Positions 59,425-64,000 of a DNA stretch of 64,000 bases are shown piece after piece. Positions within the stretch are counted from its first letter, which is position 1. Each line of letters begins with the position of its first letter. Source of the stretch: Blastocystis sp. subtype 4. Its lineage: Eukaryota. The notes under the pieces were generated by a model. The model did not search any database, was not told where the DNA came from, and was given only the letters and a program-made list of their open reading frames with translations. The position numbers and the translations under genes are program-made. The stretch covers positions 1-64,000 of the forward strand of contig NW_014569538.1 in NCBI RefSeq assembly GCF_000743755.1, read 5' to 3'.

Positions 59425-60468
59425 ATGGGATGTATCCCAAGTAAAAGCAATTACAACAACATATCAAGTAAGAAAGGGAAACGAACAAAGGAAAAGAAGC
59501 CGGCTGACTTGGACTCAACAATGCGTGATGGTAAATGGATTAAAATATTTCACATGTAGATATACGTCCTCATAAAACACTTCAACACACTTTTCATTCA
59601 GAAGCGGATGATAGTGTTCCAAAACAGACAAAGGAGAACGAACCGAGGACAAGTGTGTTGGCAATATCATAGATGTGCATTATGGATAGGGGTAGCACGA
59701 TAGATGGGATAAAGGAACTAACCTCGATGACTCTGGATAGCGATATGTCTTTAAAAGAACGAATTCAGCAACCAGCCGGTGTTTCATTAGATCAGTATCG
59801 GTATCTTGGAGAATTAACACTAGATGGATTTATGAGTCCTTGATGGAGTTCATAGAGATGATAGAAATGCTATACGATTCGTTTGGTATTTGAGGGTTAT
59901 TTATGAGTAGAGTATGTGATGTGTGTCAATGCCCTGAGATGACAGCAGGTCCTCATTACACCTATTTCTGGACCGATCTTAATGGGTCGAATCCCGTACC
60001 CGTAGGTATATGAATGGCTTGTAACTGTAGATGTCTGCACACGATTACATTACAACGCTCTTCCAATCAATTTCAGACCTCTTTCATTCCAATCCATATA
60101 ACCAGTGTGCGAATGGAGTGTTTCCAGAGGATTTCATGTCTACTTGCAGGACTATCTTTAAGAAACTCTTTCGAGTTTATGCTCATGTGTACCATCATCA
60201 TTTGAATGTTGTGATATAAGAAAGATATGATGTCTAGGAGTTTACGAAAATGGGAGCTGAAGCTCATCTAAATACTACCTTTAAGTTGTTTGTCTTGTTT
60301 GAACGAGAATTCAAGATGATTAACCGGAAGGAAGAATTGCCATTGCGAAAACTAATACAGAGGTTAGTTGAAGAGGACGATGATGACAGTTCTCCTGATG
60401 ATATGCGCAGTATCATGGGAAAAAGCATCAACTCAGTGTCCTATCGGAGGAATGTAGATTCGTCCTAA
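59425..60468 (+). CDS. MOB kinase activator family protein
   Basis: CPEMTAGPHYTYFWTD; FPEDF..TCRTIFKKLFRVYAHVYHHH; EAHLNTTF. Confidence 0.9.
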
Positions 60469-60511
60469 TTCTTTTATGTGTCCATTGTGTATGTTGGAAA
60501 CAGATGAAGTG

Positions 60512-61388
60512 TTAGCAAACTGCTGTAATTCCTTGTTGTATCAATTGCAATGGCATACCCATGATCTACATGTGAGGACAATACACCTCTTCTACACGAT
60601 CCATTTCATCCATACAAGAAATACATTTCTGTAGTTCTGGATTCTCAACAGTGATTCCTCCACAAGTGTACATCACATCGCCTTTCTTAATCAAATGATC
60701 CTGAACTTCCGAGGGAATCGTTAGAAACTGATCATTAATTGTATTTCTCATTCCTACTTTAATTGTGGACACATCACAATCAACATATCGTTTCTTTGTT
60801 TCCGTATTGTAAATACAAACAGAACTATATAAGTCCACATCGGAATTGGAGTAACTTTCCAAATAAGAATAGCACTGAGCTTTGTTAACTGGCTTTTCTC
60901 GAATCACCCCATCTTTAACTGCAACCTGATCTCCAGTGATAATAATTGCATTAGAAAAAGAAGATTTCTTCAAAATCGCCTTTCTTGTTGAACTTACTCT
61001 ACATTCCTACTTCCAGTTTAGCTTCGGCTAATTTCATTGTAAGTTTCTTTGGGTCATCATCTCGAATTCGTTTTTCGTCAATCCCGGCGCTACAGGCAGA
61101 ATATGGAATATGAATAGCATCAAACACCTTTTTATGAAATTGTCCGATGTCTTACTTTCCGTCGAAATTGTGATTTCGACCCAAGGACAAGTCGATAGGA
61201 AGAAGGCAGTTGGAGATTTGATAGACTGTACCTGTGTTCTTCGATCTGTTTGTAACCAATTCGATGGAGAGTCATACCATGGAATGAGAATTCATCACAA
61301 TAGTGAGTCCCTTTTCATAATTCAATTGTCCCCTGACATTCTCTAAGATATGTTGATCCTGTTGGTTAACGTCTCCTGAAAGAACCAT
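60512..61388 (-). CDS. Maf-family nucleotide pyrophosphatase
   Basis: LVLGSKSQFRR; IDEKRIR; IITGDQV...REKP; IMGMP. Confidence 0.88.
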
Positions 61389-61482
61389 CGTGCCGTTTGA
61401 TATACTGTAATTAAAGATCTTTGTTTTCTGTATTTATGAAACCATTTCCTTCATTCTTGAAAGAATTAGGTACATAAGAAAA

Positions 61483-62848
61483 ATGGCGGCAAAAGCAGAT
61501 TTGGCATATTTACCTTATTCATGTCCTGGTGAAGTCCTGAATTATGCAGGCAAGTAGAGTAACATCAGAACTAGGAGAAGGTCCTGCGTTTGGGAGTTGT
61601 CCTTTTGATCCTGAAGAACAACAAGTAATTCAACGAACGCTTCAATCTCCACCGTCCACCAACATGCAGCCTGGTTGTCAGCAAAATGTAACATCGTTGA
61701 GGTATGATTTGCCGTTTTTCCTTTCTGATAGATCGAATACACTAGGATCAAAAATTGACTTGGCAAATGAACTGTTTCTGTACGATTTGTTTCTTTTCGT
61801 GATGTGTAGTTTCAATGGGTGGAGTGATCGAATTATGAGTTTGAATGTCGACTATATGGAACAAGAATTGTCGTTATGGTGTGTTGGAGTGACTGCAATT
61901 GTTCGAGTCATCTTGAAAGATGGTTCGTATCACGAAAACATCGGTTTTGCTGAAGCTAAATATGCTTCGAAAGGTGCCGCTATTCAAGAAGCAAAAACGG
62001 TCTGTTTGTGAATGGGTGGTGATTAGTAGAAGGCGGTAATGCATGCTCGCCAGCAGTCGCTACGACTATTTGGAATCTATTTTTCTGCTTTCTATAGTTC
62101 AGCTGATGATAAGAACAGCTTGGATACGGAATTGAAACCTGGGGATGAAAAGGAAGTAAATGTTTCGACCACCATCCCAGGGAAGAATTCTCCTCGTGAG
62201 ATAGAGCCGAATGGTCTTGAATCAGAGATGCCGGCTACTTCAGCGAAAACAGAGGTTGAAACAGTAGTTGAAGTTCCATTATCTAAGCCGAGTGTGGATA
62301 TGAAGGCTCCTCCGACAGAGATTTCTCAGTCGAGTGATTTGTTGAATGGTATTGATCTGGATGCATTGGATATGGAAATGAATTCTATGGGGCAGCAACA
62401 ATCAGCACAACAACCTGTACAACTACAGTCAGTGCAACAGCAACCTGTACAACCACAGCTCATTAAGCCCCAACCACTTCAACCTCAAACTGCTCAACCT
62501 CAAACTGTACATCAGCCTCAGCAGCAACATCCTCAAGTACCTGCCTCATTCAGTCGCTCTCCTGTCTCATCACCTCCGTCAACTCGTCCTCTAGCTCGAT
62601 CGTCTCCCCAACAGCAGTTTCCTCCTGCAATACGAAATCAGACTATGCTCCAAAATATACAGCAAAGTAGTATTATTAGAGGACCAAATGGACAGCCCAT
62701 GATCCATCCACCTGTTTCAGGAAATCCTCAGTATATCCAGACTGCACAGAACAATGCCTTTTCTACGAAACGAACTGGGTCTTTCATATCCTTAAGAATC
62801 TATTTAGTAGTAACTTAATTCTACGCTATCCCTGGACCTAAGAGATAA
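61483..62848 (+). CDS. RAD52-family protein (divergent)
   Basis: IDLANELF.FNGWS; VGVTAIVRVILKDGSYHENIG; LRLFG; Q/P-rich tail; terminal AT-AC intron 62786-62824. Confidence 0.85.
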
Positions 62849-62988
62849 CCTCTATGTATCCTTATCTTCTTGAACTACTGTTTGTGTATTCGACTATTTA
62901 TGAAAAACCGCGATTCTGTTTTTATTCTATCAATACTTGTTATTTCTTTGTTTACAAATTATATTTCTGTTCCACAAGAGATAATAGC

Positions 62989-64000
62989 ATGGAAGGATTA
63001 GAACATGTCGTATTTTGGTAAGGTCTTCTTTAGTATCACTGTAATGCTTCTAGTATTGATAATTCTGCTTGGTCCAGAAATGGTGATTACCGTCCAACTC
63101 GTCTAGATGCTCAACTCGATTCAAGTGAGAGACTGATTCTTCGTCCTTATTCGTAGTTTATGACTTTTATCCAGTGTTTTTAGACGCAAATCCAGAAAAT
63201 ACCATGGGTATTATCACCATGGGAGGAAATCGGTATTTATGATAAACTGTTGGTAATTAGTGTAGTGTAACGGTTCAAACATCGCTTACTCGCGAACGAT
63301 ATAAATTGGGAACTTCAATGAAGCAACTGGAGAGAAAGGGGGAATGCGACCTGTATCGTGGTCTAGCGATGGCTCAAGTAACATATTATGTTTTCTTTTT
63401 ACGGTATAGCTTGTTCTCAAGCACAGAGAGAATACAAACGGTAAAACACGAATAATTGCTTTCGTTGGAAGCCCAATCAAAGAAAATCCAAAATTATTGA
63501 GGTAAAAGTTCCTAGAGGAAATTGAATTTAGACTGGCGTTAATGTTGTCAAAGGATCAAATTGCTGTGGATATCCTTTCTTTCGGAGAAATGGAAGAGAA
63601 TCATGAGGTTCTATCGAATTTCATTTCCCAAGTCAACTTGGACGATAATAGGTAAAGGCGATTCTTAATATTCATTGTAGCCATCTTTACGAAGTGTCAT
63701 CGTATCAGAGTTTCAATGACATTATCTTGCCCACTCATACAGGAAACGGATTTGATGACGATGATGCTTTGGACCCTGAATTGCGTCGTGTACTGGAGGA
63801 ATCGATGCGTACATATCAACAAGAGACAGGTCAGGCGATGGCTCCGATGATGACAGATACGATGGAGTCATCAGGGAAATCGGATGATATGGAAGAGTTA
63901 AAGCAAGCCTTTGAAGGAGAGGATGTAGATGAGGAATATATAGCGGATGTAAGGACGTGGAGAAGAATTGACATGTAGTTGCGTGCAGCAATGTTGGAAT
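62989..64000 (+). CDS. RPN10: 26S proteasome subunit Rpn10 (3' end beyond window)
   Basis: CIDNSAWSRNGDYRPTRLDAQ; NPENTMGII; RIIAFVGSP; UIM DPELRRVLEESM. Confidence 0.93.

Noticed and set aside
1..64000. Alternative genetic code or widespread pseudogenisation to explain fragmented ORFs
   Set aside because: In the genes I traced, the breaks resolve with ~30-nt introns under the standard code
1..64000. Mobile elements, rRNA genes, telomeric repeats
   Set aside because: No transposase, RT or integrase motifs and no terminal repeats seen; rRNA-like matches are limited to 12-13 nt snoRNA guide sequences

Overview
Gene-dense, AT-rich eukaryotic DNA with very short (~25-35 nt) GT-AG introns and a recurring TGTTTGTT element at gene ends. 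This combination identifies the gut stramenopile Blastocystis (inference). About 38 intron-containing protein genes can be reconstructed, including Vps51, PP2C, Rab3GAP2, Siw14-like phosphatase, USP48-like, PTH2, V-ATPase a, an EH-domain protein, PTC7, RRP12, PEPCK, EXD2, TM9SF, ARP6, PP2A-A, MAD1, AP-1 sigma, SLC35A, GGPS, SmD1, PanK, MOB, Maf, RAD52 and RPN10. There is also one tRNA-Leu(CAG). Beyond the ORF track: (1) a snoRNA cluster (U46/snR63-like, U51/snR39-like, plus an H/ACA candidate) in a probable non-coding host at ~40.9-41.2 kb; (2) four 39-45 nt U12-type introns with AT-AC, AT-AG and AT-AA ends; (3) several genes whose stop codon is probably made by polyadenylation, a known Blastocystis trait; (4) a presequence+TM+CxxC/twin-CX9C protein built like Mia40; (5) an apparently unnamed C-terminal domain shared by two coiled-coil proteins; (6) PLAT-PTC7 and PanK-CS fusions; (7) a 15-bp hairpin enclosing the PP2C start codon. 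Gene models were spliced by eye, CDS coordinates span introns, and no database searches were run.
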